Source of the DNA: Raja brachyura
Taxonomy: Eukaryota
DNA: 64,000 bases
Assembly: GCA_963514005.1 (NCBI GenBank)
Contig: OY740795.1
Span: forward strand, 18,166,001-18,230,000
Direction of reading: 5' to 3'
Numbering within the stretch: the stretch's first letter is position 1; the number at the start of each line of letters is the position of its first letter. Positions 13,336 through 26,912 of the stretch are shown piece by piece. The notes under the pieces are model-generated. The model saw only the letters and a list, made by a program, of their open reading frames with translations. It was not told the origin of the DNA and made no database searches. Made by a program: the position numbers and the translations under genes.

Positions 13336-16300
13336 ATGGCTTGACCTATTTACATGCATTGCATTGAACATGAGCTCCAGTCTGGTCCAGCATCAAAACC
13401 CTAAGGTTATTTGTGAGCAGAGACTGGATTCTTTTCTTTGTGGTCTTCCTCACAGCTAAGTATTTTAGTTGAGTTTAGTTTATTAACTGTCACGTATACC
13501 GAGGTACAGTGAAAATCTATTTGTTTCATGCAATCTATTCAGCAAAAAGTGTGCATGATTACAATCTAGCTGTCTACAGCATATAGATACTGGACAAGGG
13601 TATAATGTTTAGTGGAAGATAAAGTCCGATTAAACATAGTCCGAGGATCTCCAATGAGGTGGTTGGTAAGTCAAGACTGCTCTCTGGTTGATGATAGGCC
13701 AACTACAAATACAAACATATACAAACAAATACAAATTGCCTTTATTGTCATTCAAACAAACAGAACAAAATTGCAATTGCCTGATAACAGCTGGGAAGAA
13801 ACTGTCCCTGAATCTGGAAGTTTGCGTTTTCACACTTGTGTACCTCTTGTCCGATGGGAGAGTGGAGAAGAGGGAATGACAGAAAATCTTGTGTTTCTGT
13901 CTTTCACAATCTCAGATGCTCCAAAGTACCTTCCAGATAATGAAGCACTTTATAAAATTTGTTCATGGGACATCGAGGCACTCAAATTGCGACAGAAAGC
14001 AAAAGGAAGCAGCAAAATAAATGGCACAAATCTGTTGAAGTTGTGATTATTGAGAGACAGATGTAGGCCAGGATATCGGAGAGAGCATCCCTGATTTCTG
14101 TTCACGATAATATGATCTACGTGGCCAGACTAAGTGCGATGTTGCATCCTATACAGATAACATGTGCACGTGCAGCATAGGTGTTGTACTAGTTGTGTCA
14201 GGCTCGGCCGTGTGCTCACAACCCACAACCACAGCTGATGCCAGTTAGAATATCAAAAAAAAGCAAATCTAACAATCGCTTCTGAATCGTCTGGCAGAAC
14301 GTGAAGCTTGTGTAGGTTTAGCTTCAAAGGGCAGCTGGGGCTCAAGAGGAATAAGGTGTGCATTTGTTTAAAGTATTACTTTGACATCTAAACATGCTTT
14401 GAAGTGTTTTTGTTCTATTTCTGAAACTGTTGATGTCTTCAGATTAAGTGTAAAAGGGTGAGAATCCTCCTTTAGCTTCACACCCCAGTCTCTGTTTCTG
14501 ATTATGCTTCAATTTCCCTGTACTTTGTCCAACGACGTGGATTCTTTGGTAGGGTCGACATCAGAGTGGGGTCTGACGTATAGGGAGCTCAAACAGAAGG
14601 GCTATTTAAAATGTGACTATCCTCTCTAAATGTCAATTCATTACCTCCGCTCCTGGTTTAAAAAAAACTTGAGTGCTGTGGTATTGGTTGAAATCTTCAA
14701 GATCGATATAAAGGGAAAGATAAATGAAATTATAATGATAAATAGTGATAATCAAATGCAATCAAATACATCACAAAATAAATCAATAATTTATGTGCCC
14801 CTGTTAGCACCTCAAGGTTAGGACTTTATTTCTTAGAGGTAATCTTGTAGCATTGTATAAAAGCATGAGGATGTAGATAGAGTGGAATGTTTCCCAGGGT
14901 GGGGAAATAAAGAGCCAAAGGTTTACGGTATGAGTGGAAAAATTTAATATGAACCTGAATGGCAACTTTGCACACAGAGAGAGGGTGGTGGGTGCATGGA
15001 ACGAGCTGTCATTTAGGAGGTAGATGAGGCAGGTATTACAACAACATTTAAAATACATTTGGACAGGTACATGGATAGGAAAGATCTAGAGGAACATGAG
15101 CCAGGCATAGGCAAATAGCTTGGATGGGGATCTTGGTCAGCATGGATGAGTTGGACTGAAGAGCCTGTTTCCACTCAAGATGTCTCAAAGAAGCTTATAG
15201 CCGATTAGGTACCTCTGTTGGTCAGTCAGTGTTTCAAAGTAGGAGATTACAGCAGATCATTCATTTGGAAGATCCCACAAGCAAAAAGCATGATAACTGA
15301 AGAACATTGTGCTTTAGTGATATTGGCCGAGGTAGGTGTACAAACGGCAGAGGAGGATGTCCCTGCGGGAGTCAGTGACCAACTGTTCCCAGTCCATCCA
15401 CCTGTGATGAGCATCGTACACAGGAACCCTCGCAGTCGGCAGCTTTTCAGCTTCCTCTAATTCAGCAATTAGACTAGAAAACAGCTTCTTCTCCTCTGTA
15501 ATCAGACTTTGGAACAGTCCTTCCATATTCTTGGGTACTGTCTGATTCACCTCTACCCCATTGGACTTTGTCCCTGGAACTGATGCGCTACAATGCTGAG
15601 AGCCATACTCTGCACTCTGTGCCTTTCCCTTTGCTCTACCTATTCTACTTGAGTGCTTGGATGCCATATCTTATCTATTTGGATAGGATGCAAAACAAAG
15701 CTTTTCATTGTACTCCGGTACATGTGACAATAATAAACGAAACTTAGTTTTTGTTCTCCATCCTAGTTGTCTTCTCTTCTCACTTCTCCTGTGAGGAAGT
15801 AGCACCCGATGACATTGCTTGCGGTGGGTGTATAAAACGGAGTGTTCAGCTAGTTGTCCAGATTGAGACTACTGGAGTATGGGCAGAGGTCTCCCACGAT
15901 CAATTTGGTCAGCATCCTTTCCTCATTGGCGAGGTTTGAGGCGCATCATAATGTAGTGGTGTCTCCCAGCCTCCCCACCCCCATCTACCCCTCTCCCCTG
16001 CCTTTGACTCACCTTCAACAGCAGAGGATGTGAACAAGGTTTGGGTCAATAAAGTCCCTGGGGATCGTTGGAAAACCTCCCAATCTCTCACATTGCTTGA
16101 CCCTTCCTCCTCTCTCTTGTGTTTGTCATTTCTCTCCATCTCCCTCCATTTTTTTTTCGATCTCCCCTTTAATGCTCCACATTTATCTACTCTCTTGGAT
16201 ATTCTCAATTCCTGAATCTCATTTTTACCCTAGTGCCTTATCCTCAAGTCTACTTGGCACCCTGTGTGTTATTTAAAGGTTCTCCCTTTTAGATTTTTTT

Positions 16301-19300
16301 AAAGAAAAGCTGATACAATGACTTTGTAGTGCCGCAGCCGATGCAGCCATACCTACCCACCAATCCGTCCCACCTCGACCTTAATCAGTTAAACTTCACC
16401 CCCTCCCCTTTCTCTTTAAGGCTGCACAGCCTGGCTTAGATCCCCACAATGATGTCAACCAAATCTGTGTTGCTACGCAGCCAGCAATGAAAGGCAGGCT
16501 GCATTGAAAAGCCTTATTGCACTTCCAACATGCCTCATCGTCCTCCAACCCTGCCGCATTGTGTGTTCTCCTGAAGGGTCGGAGTGGTGCAGAGGGAAGC
16601 TTTCGGGTCCCTTGCTTGCAACAAGGGGAGCTGGGGGAGGAGGCTTTTGCTTTAGTTGTGGGTGGCCCGGTGGAAGGCGGGCTGCATTGTGTTGTGGCAC
16701 AGTGCAACCACTGGTAGCAACAGATGGTTAATAAGGAGAGGGTACAGTGCCATCTCTGTTTGTTTTTGCAGGAGTAACAAGGGTTGCAGGTCACTGTCTT
16801 TGCTCGCCGTCTGCCCCAGTTGCAGGGGGTGGCTGTTTCTCATAGCTGTGCGACATGACCGTTTACACACACAAACTTAACCTTTACAAGAGGGGTTAAA
16901 ATAAAAGAGAGAAAAGGCGCAGCCGTACCCAGCGGCTGTGCGGAGGGGAGTGGAGGAATCTGGGCTTTGTAAAGGAAGGTATTGCCTTTGCTCAATGCGA
17001 GGGCTCTGCAGCTAAAAGAAATCCTGATACGCTGCAGGCAGCTCCAGTCAAGTGAATATTTCTAAAGCGAAAAGCAAGTAAAATTCCCCTCCTCCAGTAT
17101 TTCTACCCAGACACATTGTGCTTGCTCCACTTGATTGAATGTTTGGTTTTCCAAACTTCATTTTTAAGTTCAGCATTTTTTTTTTAGTATCTATTTTCCT
17201 CTTTCCATACGGTCTACTCGTCCTTGATGTTTTGCTCAGGAGGAATAATCCCTGATTGTAAAAAGATAATTTACGCGTGCATTTCTCCCAGATGCCCGTC
17301 AAAGAATATCGCAGCATAGAAACAGGCCCTTCGGCCCAACTTGTCCACGCCGACCAAGATGCCCCATCTACGCCCGTGCCAGCTGCCTGCGTTCGGCCCA
17401 TATCCTTCTGAACCGTTCCTATCCATGTACCTGTCCAACTGTCTTTTGAATGCTGTTATAAAGTACCTGCCTCAACTACCTCCTCTGACAGCTTGTTTCA
17501 TATGCCCATTATCCTCAGTGTGGAAAAAGTTACCCCTCGAGTTCCTGTGAAATCTTTCCCCTCTCACCATAAACCTATGTCTTCTGGCTCTTGCCTCTCC
17601 TACTCTGGGTGAAAACTCTGTGACTCTATATGCATGACTCTGGACATAATTAATATTCCAGACACCTGACTAGGTTCCCTGAAAACTCCTTTGCACATTC
17701 TCACACTCTGTATTGCACAAGTGTGATCTTGCACACTGATGGTCTAACACACTCTCGACCATTGACTAACTATCTCTTGTGTAGGAAGGAACTGCAGATG
17801 CTGGTTCATACCGAAGATAGATACAAAATGCTGGAGTAACTTAGCGGGTCAGGCAGCATCTCTTGGGGGGGGGAAAAAAGGAATAGGTGACGTTTTGGGT
17901 CGGAACCCTTCTTCAGACATAAAGATTGAAGTGGGAAATGGTCTTTCACTCCCCCCCCCCCAAGTACAGGGAACATTTGTGTAAAACCCTCTGGCTATCT
18001 TGGCAATGTCAGGAAATCCAATCTGAATCTGTTTGAAACATTGTTCCTCACTTTCAGGTGGCCTGCTTTATCGTTTTTTACCATTCTGGGTAGCACATCG
18101 TAACCCTGCGACATGACTCCTGTTAATCCGTTAATGTACAAAATTGCAGTGGGCACAGAGCAGGGAGTTAACCTTTCAATCAGCAGGTCAAATTGTTTCC
18201 TAATTCTGCAAATACCCCACAACAGAAACAGTCTGACAACTTCCCAAATGCATTGTACAAAGGGGTCTGTAATTAAAGGATGGTCTCCAATTTCAGTCTC
18301 GTCCTTTCACGTTTAGTTTAGTTTGGAGATACAGCACTGAAACAAGCCCTTCGGCCCACTGTGTCTGCGCCGACCAGCGATCACCCCGTACACTAGCACT
18401 ATCCTGTACACTAGGGACAATTTACAATTTACAGAAGCCAATTAACCTACAAACCTGTACATCTTTGGAATGCGGAAGGAACTTATAGATTTAATAAGAA
18501 CTTGAGGGCAATTATTGTCACACAGATGGTGGTGGGTATATGGAACAAGCTGCCAGAGGAGTTACTGGGGCAGAAACAATAATATTTTTGAAAGACATTT
18601 GGACGGTACATGGATAGGAAATATTTCGAGGGAGAAAGGTCAGACCCAGGCAAATGGGACCAGCATAGATGGGGCACTTTGGTCGCCATGGACAAGTTGG
18701 GCAGGAGGGCCTATCTCCATGTTGACAACACATGCAGGCCTTTGCGAGGCTTACATAGGAATAAGATTATTCATTGATGTTTATTGATTCATTTCTGCAG
18801 TCATTTCCTGCAGTCATTTCTGAGCTTTGTTTTATATCACTAGGCTGCTAATTTCGGATCACGTTGAACATGTTTGTTATCCCTTCAATGTGTAAATATG
18901 ACGCCTTTAAAATAGCAAATTGACCCAAGGCAGGAGGATTTTAGAATAAAAAAGTTATGTCATCAAATGAAATTAGGAATTTGTCGCAGGAGTCTATAAA
19001 ACAAAACTATTTGTAACTATTGTTTTTTGACATAGCGTCTGTACAGGTTGCTGTGATGTCAGTCATACAGATAGTCATGTGGACAATAAAATTAAACCAT
19101 GGACCAAGATCCTGGTTGCACAGGTCCAAGTATTCACCAACCATATGGTGTCGGGGGCTATGGGGAGAAGCAGGAGAATAGTGTTGAGTGGGTAAGATAG
19201 GTCAGCCATGATTGAATGGTGGAGTAGATTTGATGGGCCGAATAGCCTAATTCTGCACCTATAACCTATGAACTTATCCCCCAGCCCCACCATTCTGTCC

Positions 19301-20357
19301 TTTCTGGTTCCTGCCCCTGATTATGGGTTTCCCATGTATAGAACACAAGATGCTAAAGTAACTCAGCAGGTCAGGCAACACCTCTGGAGGACATGGACCG
19401 GCAAAGTTTTGGGTCGGGACCCTTCTTTGGACTGAAACATCACCTATCCAAGTCCTCCGGAAATGCTGCTTAACCCGCTGAGGTACTCCAGTATTTTGTG
19501 TCTTTTTTTCCCCCCTGCAGTTGCTTGTCTCTTCTCTCCATGGCATTCCCATTACTGGCCCAGAGCTTCCAGAAAATAGACCAATTTGCATTTCTACAGT
19601 GTCACTATCACGGGACGTTCTAAAACATATTACAGTTAATTAATTCCTTTCAAAGCAAACTGATGAATGTACTTTAGAAAAAAGCAACAGAGCATGATTG
19701 TGCAGATATGGATGAGATCCCTGACCAGATATTCTGCTCGAGGAACCTACAGACTAGATAGAGCACTGAAGAAGGGTCCTAACCCAAAACTTCAGCTCTC
19801 CATGGATAGAAGCAAAGACGCAAATTGTAAAAAAACACGTGCTAGAATAACTCAGTGGGTCAGACAGCATCTATGGAAACACATGGATAGGTGATGTTTC
19901 CGTCCTTTTTCTCCTGAAATGCTGCCCGCCCTGCTGAGTTACTCCAGCGCTTTGTGCCATTTTTTGCAAGGCAGCATCTGCCTTGTTTCTAGACCAGGTA
20001 GAGTCTCAGTATAACTTCACACCTGGACTGAACTGAATCCAGCAAGTTCAAGAAACTAGAGTGATGAATGGAGAAAGATTGTGATTTTTAAAACAAATTT
20101 CCCTGGACCACCACTAGTGCCGATCTGATGGGGCAAGAATTCCCAAGCATTTGTAAATTGAATGATAGCATCGATTGTAGTTAACAGGAAAACCCATATA
20201 CATTCAAAGCTACCTGTGCAATAAGCGGGGTTTAATGATGTTCTGAGGTTTCCGCATGAGCAGCACTGGCTGGGTGAAAGGGTTAAACAATGTGCCTCTT
20301 TGTTCTCCGCTTTGTTGGCATGTGAATTTTCCCACTCGCAATTGGGACGAGCCGCTT

Positions 20358-20381
20358 CCCCCCCCCCCCCCCCCCCCCCCC
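20358..20381. repeat. C24 homopolymer
   Basis: Seen directly. Confidence 0.9.
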
Positions 20382-20770
20382 TCCTCTCCTCCACCAACTA
20401 TGATTCCCAGTATCTTTCAAACCCACTGGGCTGCTACCGAGACTTTTCTTCAACTACATTCTTTTGGGAACTCCTGAGAGGAGAGCAGGCAGTGTACGTA
20501 TCAAAACTGCCTGATCACCTCCAACTTGCCAGTTCACTTTGAGATAGACCCTTCTCCTTTGTATCCATGTCCCTTTACAAGGGGTTTGTCCACTTTGTTT
20601 GATCTCTGCACACGGATGCCATGACACCTCTCACCAACACACAAAGAGCCGGAGGAACTCAGCAGGTCAGGCATCATCTGTGGACGTAATGGACAAATGA
20701 TGTTTCAGTTTGATGTCCTGCAGGGACAGAATTCAAAAGGATGCAATAGCGGTGGTAAAATTGGGGAACT

Positions 20771-20774
<4 letters not shown>

Positions 20775-20800
<26 letters not shown>
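20775..20800. repeat. (GA)n microsatellite
   Basis: Seen directly. Confidence 0.9.
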
Positions 20801-20807
<7 letters not shown>

Positions 20808-21229
20808 CTACTCCGCAAGAAATTGCAGAGAATTGTGGACGCATCCCGGATAATCACACAAAACAACCTCCCTTCCATTGACTACACTTCACGCTGCCTT
20901 GGCAAGGCCACAAGCATAATCAAAGACCAGTCTCACCTCAATCTCCCTTCTCCCATTGGGCAAGAGGTCCGGAAGTGTGAAAACGCAGACCCCCAGATTC
21001 AGGGACAGTTTCTTCCCAGCAGTTATCAGGCAAATTAACTATCCTATACCAAATAGAGAGTGGACCTATGTTACCATCTACTTCATTGGAGACCCTCAGA
21101 CTATCTTTAATTGAACTTTGCTGGACTTTATCTTGCACTAAACATTATTCCCTTTATCCTGAATCTGTACACTGTGGCCGGCTCGATTGTAATTATGTAT
21201 AGTCGTTCAGCTAACTGGTTAGCATGCAA

Positions 21230-21663
21230 CAATGTACTCGCTAGAATTTAGAAGATTGAGGGGGCATCTTATAGAGACTTACAAAATTCTTAAGGGGTTG
21301 GACAGGTTAGATGCAGGAAGATTGTTCCCATTGTTGGGGAAGTCCAGGACAAGGTGTCACAGTTTAAGGATAAGGGGGAAATCTTGTAGGACCGAGATGA
21401 GAAAAACTTTTTCACACAGAGAGTGGTAAATCTCTGGAATTCTCTGCCACAGAAGGTAGTTGAGGCCAGTTCATTGGCTATATTTAAGAGGGAGTTAGAT
21501 GTGGCCCTTGTGGCTAAAGGGATCAGGGAGTATGGAGAGAAGGCGGGTATGGGATACTGAGTATCCATGATAGATGGATGATATCAGCCATGATCATATT
21601 GAATGGCGGTGCAGGCTTGAATGGCTGAATGGCCTACTCCTGCGCCTATTTTCTATGTTTCTA
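21230..21663 (+). mobile_element. CR1 LINE 3' fragment nested in a Rex1-type 3'-tail repeat
   Basis: YSLEFRRLRGHLIETYKILKGLDRLDAGRLF; (TTTCTATG) tail; near-identical to 51336-51755. Confidence 0.85.
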
Positions 21664-23776
21664 ATAGCTTTTCACTGTACCTCAGTACACTTGACAATAA
21701 ACTAAGCGAAACCTGGAGATGAGAAAGGTGTAGGAAAGAACGACAGATGCTGGTTTTATCGAAGTGTAAGCTACCCAAGTGAAGTATAATGTTGCTGAAG
21801 TCATGATTACACATGGGGCAGCCTGAGTTGAAGCATTCAGCAGCACCTGGCATCTTAGTTTCAACCGCCGACTGAGCGACAAACCTTCAAACCGTATGAC
21901 CCACTCGGGGGAGGGAGGGTCAATGCTGAGGTTTGTTCATCTAGGTGGTGCGTGTAGGAAGCTGTTGGTGAGTCCAAGAATTGAGCACGGGAATCTCCTC
22001 TGACATTTCACACTCAGCAGGGAGCCCTTCTGCAACTAAGTTGCAGTTCTGTACTGCCTTCCAGAAAGCCCACAGCACTTGGAGTTATAGAACTTATACA
22101 GGATGGAAACGGGCTCTTGCCTAACTGTTAGTTGCTCGTCCCTTTGGGTTTTTCAGTTACATCATTTTTGTTGTTGAACTAAATTAAAGTGCATGTTGCA
22201 CTCAAAAGCACTTGAATAATTGGTTGGGAAGATGGTCAAAGTGAAAGCCAGGGGACTGACATCATTTTCAAGAGCAGCCAGCTCCTGTGCCTGGCCCATA
22301 TCCCTCCAAACTTTTCCTATCCATGTATCGGTCCAAGGGTCTTTTAAATGACTGACCCATACTTATGCTTAGCACTCGGTTATATTCATTAGAGCATCCT
22401 CTTCCATTTTGATGCCACTCTTTATATCCCTTTAGAGATGAAGGAACTCGGAGGATTTGGGTTATTGCGAGAAAGTGCCAATGATCAGCCATAAACTGAT
22501 TGAACGGTGGAGCAGGTAAGGGGTGTGGAAAGATCTGCTCCAGTTCCAGTATTAGAGTCGTATAGTCATAGAGCCATACATACAGTGTGGAAACAGACCC
22601 TTCGGCCCAACTTGCCCACGGCAACCAACATGCCCCATCAACACACATCCCACCTGCCATAATCCTCTAAATCTTTCCTGTCCCTGTATGTGCAAAAGTC
22701 TCTGAAACGTAATGATTGCTTTTAATCTCATTGTACATGTGTTTAGTGACAATAAAAGGCATTCTGATTCTGATTGTACTGCCTCAACTACCTCCTTCGG
22801 CAGCTTGTTCCATATAATCACCACCTTCCGTGTATTAAACGTGTATTAATAGGAGCCCCTCGGGTTCCTATTAAATCTTTCCCTCCTCATCTAAAACCTG
22901 TGTCCTCTGATTACTCGACTCCCCTATTATGGCAAAATACTCTGTGTGTCTACCCGATCTATTCCTCATACACCTCACTAAGATCACCCCTCATCCTCCA
23001 GCGCTCCAAGGAATCAAGTCGTAGCCTGCTTAACCTTTCCTTATAATTAAGGCCCTACTAACCAAGAGCAGTTACGCCAGCACTTTGTCTTGTTTAACCA
23101 GCCTCTGCAGTTCCTTGTGTCTACTTTGAAGATCTTTTTTGATTCCCCCGTCTTGGCCTAATCTTGACCCTCTGTGCCGACCATTGGGAAAGCCGAGACT
23201 CTCTTTCTGGAACCACAGCCTGCTAGCATCGTGACACCTAGCAAGGACTCATTCGGGTGCGCAGGACACCGGAGGAAGCTGAACACAAAATGCTGGAGTC
23301 ACTCAGCGGGTCAGGCAGAAAAAGAATAGGTGATGTTTCTGGTTGGAACCCTTCGCCAAACAGTCTGAAGAAGAGTCCTGACCAGAAAAACATCACCTAT
23401 TCTTTTTCTCCAAAGATGCTGCCTGACCCGCTGAGTTACTCCAGCATGTTGTGCCTATCCTCGGTGCAAACCAGCACCTGCAGTTCCTTCCTTCGCCTGA
23501 GGAAACTGTACAGATATAGTCAGACGGTTGTTTTGAAAGGTGCGTGTTTGGCACAAAGCCTTTGAAACGTTGTTGCTGAAGACAAAATACAGCTTTGCAA
23601 GAATAAAAAGGGAGCCTCGCAGTGAGAGTGCTTTGTTGAAATTGTGAAGATATCAAATTCCTTCCCTCCCTGGACTTTCTCTCTCACATCTTTTATTTTT
23701 AAAAGAAAATATCAAACACCACTGAAATGATGGGACGCACTTAATTTGCATCTGGAACTTTTCATGTCCTCCCGGT

Positions 23777-23935
23777 GGGTTCTTGGTTCTTGGTTACTTG
23801 GTCCTCCAAAATATTCCAACTGGAATTTAAACTGGAGGTGGTGAAGGGAGGGGTTAAGCCAGAGAGGGTTATTGGGAAGAAAGTGCCACTTTAAAATTTA
23901 GTTGCATCTGGCTAGGCAACGGTGGCTTGAAACCA
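23777..23935 (-). mobile_element. 3' end of the same LINE family as 41204-42790
   Basis: Near-identical to 41204-41352, including the (ACCAAGA)n tail. Confidence 0.85.
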
Positions 23936-24689
23936 CCATACAGCCAACAGTAAAAAATAAAGAACACAACATGGAGTAGAAATTCAACATAAAACATCCC
24001 CTCACAGCAGGATCAAAGGTTGTTGTGGGCATTGGCCTAAGTTCTGGAAATTCCGAGCCTGGACTTTCCTTGTCCTGGTGAGTCCAGGACAACATGGGGG
24101 CGACCCTCACAACAGCGTCACGTTCCTAGGCATCATTCATCTCAGCAGCCAGGCTGGTGTGGGGCATCTGGCCAACCAGTGTTTCCTCACTCCCTCTCCA
24201 GCCACGACCATCCACATCTGTTGACTCCACCTGCTTATATATCACCCCATTAGACAATCACCAATGCTTCCTCTACTGTTTAATTACATTTATTTGTTGT
24301 TCAAGCTATTCGGGTTTCTTCAAAGTCTACAATGGTTGAAAGTAGTGAGTTCTGCATAGAAGTTATGCCTTGGAGCCTCCATCTGCAATCGGTTTCTGAA
24401 CTTCCTGGCTTGCAGAATTGGTCGAAACATTCCCTCCACCTAACCCTCGATAATGTAGAAACACGGAACTGCAGATGCTGGTTTACCGAAAAAGACCCAA
24501 AGTGCTGGAGTAACTCAGCAGATCAGGCAACATCTCCGGAGAACATGGATAGGCGACAGTTTGGGTCGAAACCCTTCCCCGATTCAAAACGGCAGCCACC
24601 CATGTTCTCCAGAGATGTTGCCTGACCTGCTGATCTACTCCAGCACTTTGCTTCTTTCTTTGAACCCTCAACAATGATGCTCCTCAGCT

Positions 24690-25405
24690 GCTTGCTCAGT
24701 CTCTTGGTCTGCTCCATGTAGAGTACCAAGCACAGCGACAGCTCAAGCTTTAAGGTCACCGATGATGCCAGTGTCATCGGCCAGATCAACACCAATGATG
24801 AGACAGAATACAAAAAAAACAGTTCAGGACCCTTGTATCGCGGTGTCAGAATAACATAACCCTAATATCAACAAGACAAAGGAATTGGTTGTTGGCCTCG
24901 GGAAGCAGGGGAGAGAACACGACCCCATCCGCATCATCGGAGCTGCTATAGAGATGGTCGACAGCTTCAGGTTCCTGGGCATCCACCTAACCTGGTCCCC
25001 TCACACTGATGTGGTGATCTACAAAGCTCATCAGCGTATTTACTTTCTTAGGCATCCGAGAAAATTCGGCATGTCTTCAAGGGTTCTCCTGAACTTCCAC
25101 AGATGTGCAATAGAGAGTATTCTGACGGGATGCATCTCAGCCTGTTCTGGTAACTGCTCTGCCCTTGACCACCTGAACTTGCAGAGAGTGGTGAACACAG
25201 CCCGGTCCATCACAGGCTCCTCACTTCCTTCCATCTGGTCCATCCCCACGGCACGTTGCATGAGGAAGGCGGGAAGTATCGTCAAGGATGCTGACATCTT
25301 TCCCATTCTCTTTTCTCTCTTCTACCTCTGGGAGAAGATACAGAAGCTCAGACATTGAGACTTAAGAACAGCTTCTTCCTCACTGCTATCAGACTCCTGA
25401 ACTAA
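24690..25405 (+). mobile_element. Rex1/Babar LINE RT fragment (degraded)
   Basis: VDSFRFLGIHL...KAHQRIYFLR...ESILTGCI...LQRVVNTA. Confidence 0.8.
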
Positions 25406-26087
25406 TTGCCTTTTACACACCCACTTCCCAGTGGTGCTGGCTCGAACTCTTACTCCCAACTCTACCTCATTCAGTGATTCCTTTGGTGCACTTTATTTTT
25501 GTACTACATCAGATTAGTCTTCAATCTTGCACCATTTTGCTGATTTGTATTTGAAACAAACTTGGAAGTTTCTTTGCACCCTGGAGTATATGACTATAAA
25601 CTAATCGCACTAACTTTAAACCTCCTCCTTCCCATCTTAAATCTGTGCCCTCAGGAAGTGGACCCGGCCATGGGAAACACACGCTGGCTTTCCACCGATC
25701 TCTGCATCTTATACTTTTACATACCTCTATCATGTCACCTCTCAAACCCCAGGAAAATCAGAGGCAGCCTTGTAACTCAAGCACCCCAATCCAGCTACAA
25801 TGCCATTGTTTTATAGTATAAACTACGGTATTATTGGTGTAGCGCGCGGTGTTAAATAATTAAAGGAGTACTGAGTTATTAACATATTCAGCTGTTTTGA
25901 ATATTGTAATTCATAATGCTATGATGTAATAGTTGTACAGGAATGTTACATGCAATAGCATATATTGTCATCTATATTAATGCTAACAGTTTCACAATAT
26001 AGAACACAGGACAGTGCAGCCTTCGGCCCACAATATCCGTTCCGAACCTGATTCTAAGGCCAACTTTTATCTGCCTGCATGTTATCC

Positions 26088-26392
26088 GGGGCGGCACAAT
26101 GGCACAGTGGTAGACTTGCTGCCTTACAGCGCCAGAGACCGGGGTTCGATTCAGAACACAGGTGCTGTCTGTACAGAGTTTGTACGTACCCCCTGTGACT
26201 GCATGGGTTTTCTCTGGGTGTTCCGATTTTCTCCTACACTTCAAAGACGTGCAGGTTTGTAGGTTAATTGGCTTCTGTAAATTGCCCCTAGTGTGTAGGA
26301 TTGAACTAGAGTATGGAGTGATCGCTGGTTGGTGCGGACTCGGTGGGCCGAAGGGCCTGTTACCACACTGTATCTCTAAAACTAAAACTAAA
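26088..26392 (+). mobile_element. tRNA-derived V-SINE (HE1-like), full length; representative of ~15 copies
   Basis: tRNA-like head with A/B-box-like motifs, V-domain GCTGTCTGTACAGAGTTTGTACG...CCTACAC, CR1-like tail GGGCCGAAGGGCCTG, (CTAAA)n end. Other copies near 11127, 18312(-), 27280, 28158, 31265(-), 34095, 37600, 47150, 52890(-), 54410, 60376. Confidence 0.85.
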
Positions 26393-26782
26393 CAATAATC
26401 CATATGCCTCCATTCCCTACATATCCATGTGCTGATCCAAGACTCTTAAACGCCACTATCGTATCTGTCTCCACCACCAACACCCCCGGAAGTGTGTGTA
26501 AAAAAAAAAACCTGCCCTGCACAACTCCTTTAAACTTTGCCCCTCTCACATTGTAAAGCTTTTTTGTTGCGTGCTATCTAGACAGCAGAAATACTATATG
26601 TGATTACAATCAAGCTGTTCACAGTGTACAGATACAGGACAAAGGAAATAACGTTTCGTGCAAGTCCAGTAAAGTCCGATTAAAGATAGACCGAGGGTCT
26701 CCAATGAGGTAGATGGTAGCTCTCTAGTTGGTGACAGGGTTAGTGCGCGCATAGATGGAACATCTTGATTGGCATGGGCAGC

Positions 26783-26912
26783 TTTCTCTCTCTCTCTTTC
26801 TTCTCTCTCCCCCCCTCTCTCACTCCCCTCCTCTCTCTCCACACTCTCTCTCTCCCCCCTCTCTCCCTCTCCCCCCTCCTCCCTGTCTCCTCCCCCACCT
26901 TCTTTCTCTCTG
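26783..26912. repeat. Pyrimidine-rich low-complexity (CT/CCT) tract
   Basis: Seen directly. Confidence 0.8.

Noticed and set aside
26088-26165. tRNA gene
   Set aside because: tRNA-derived head of a V-SINE, continuous with the SINE body; the same applies to the other copies
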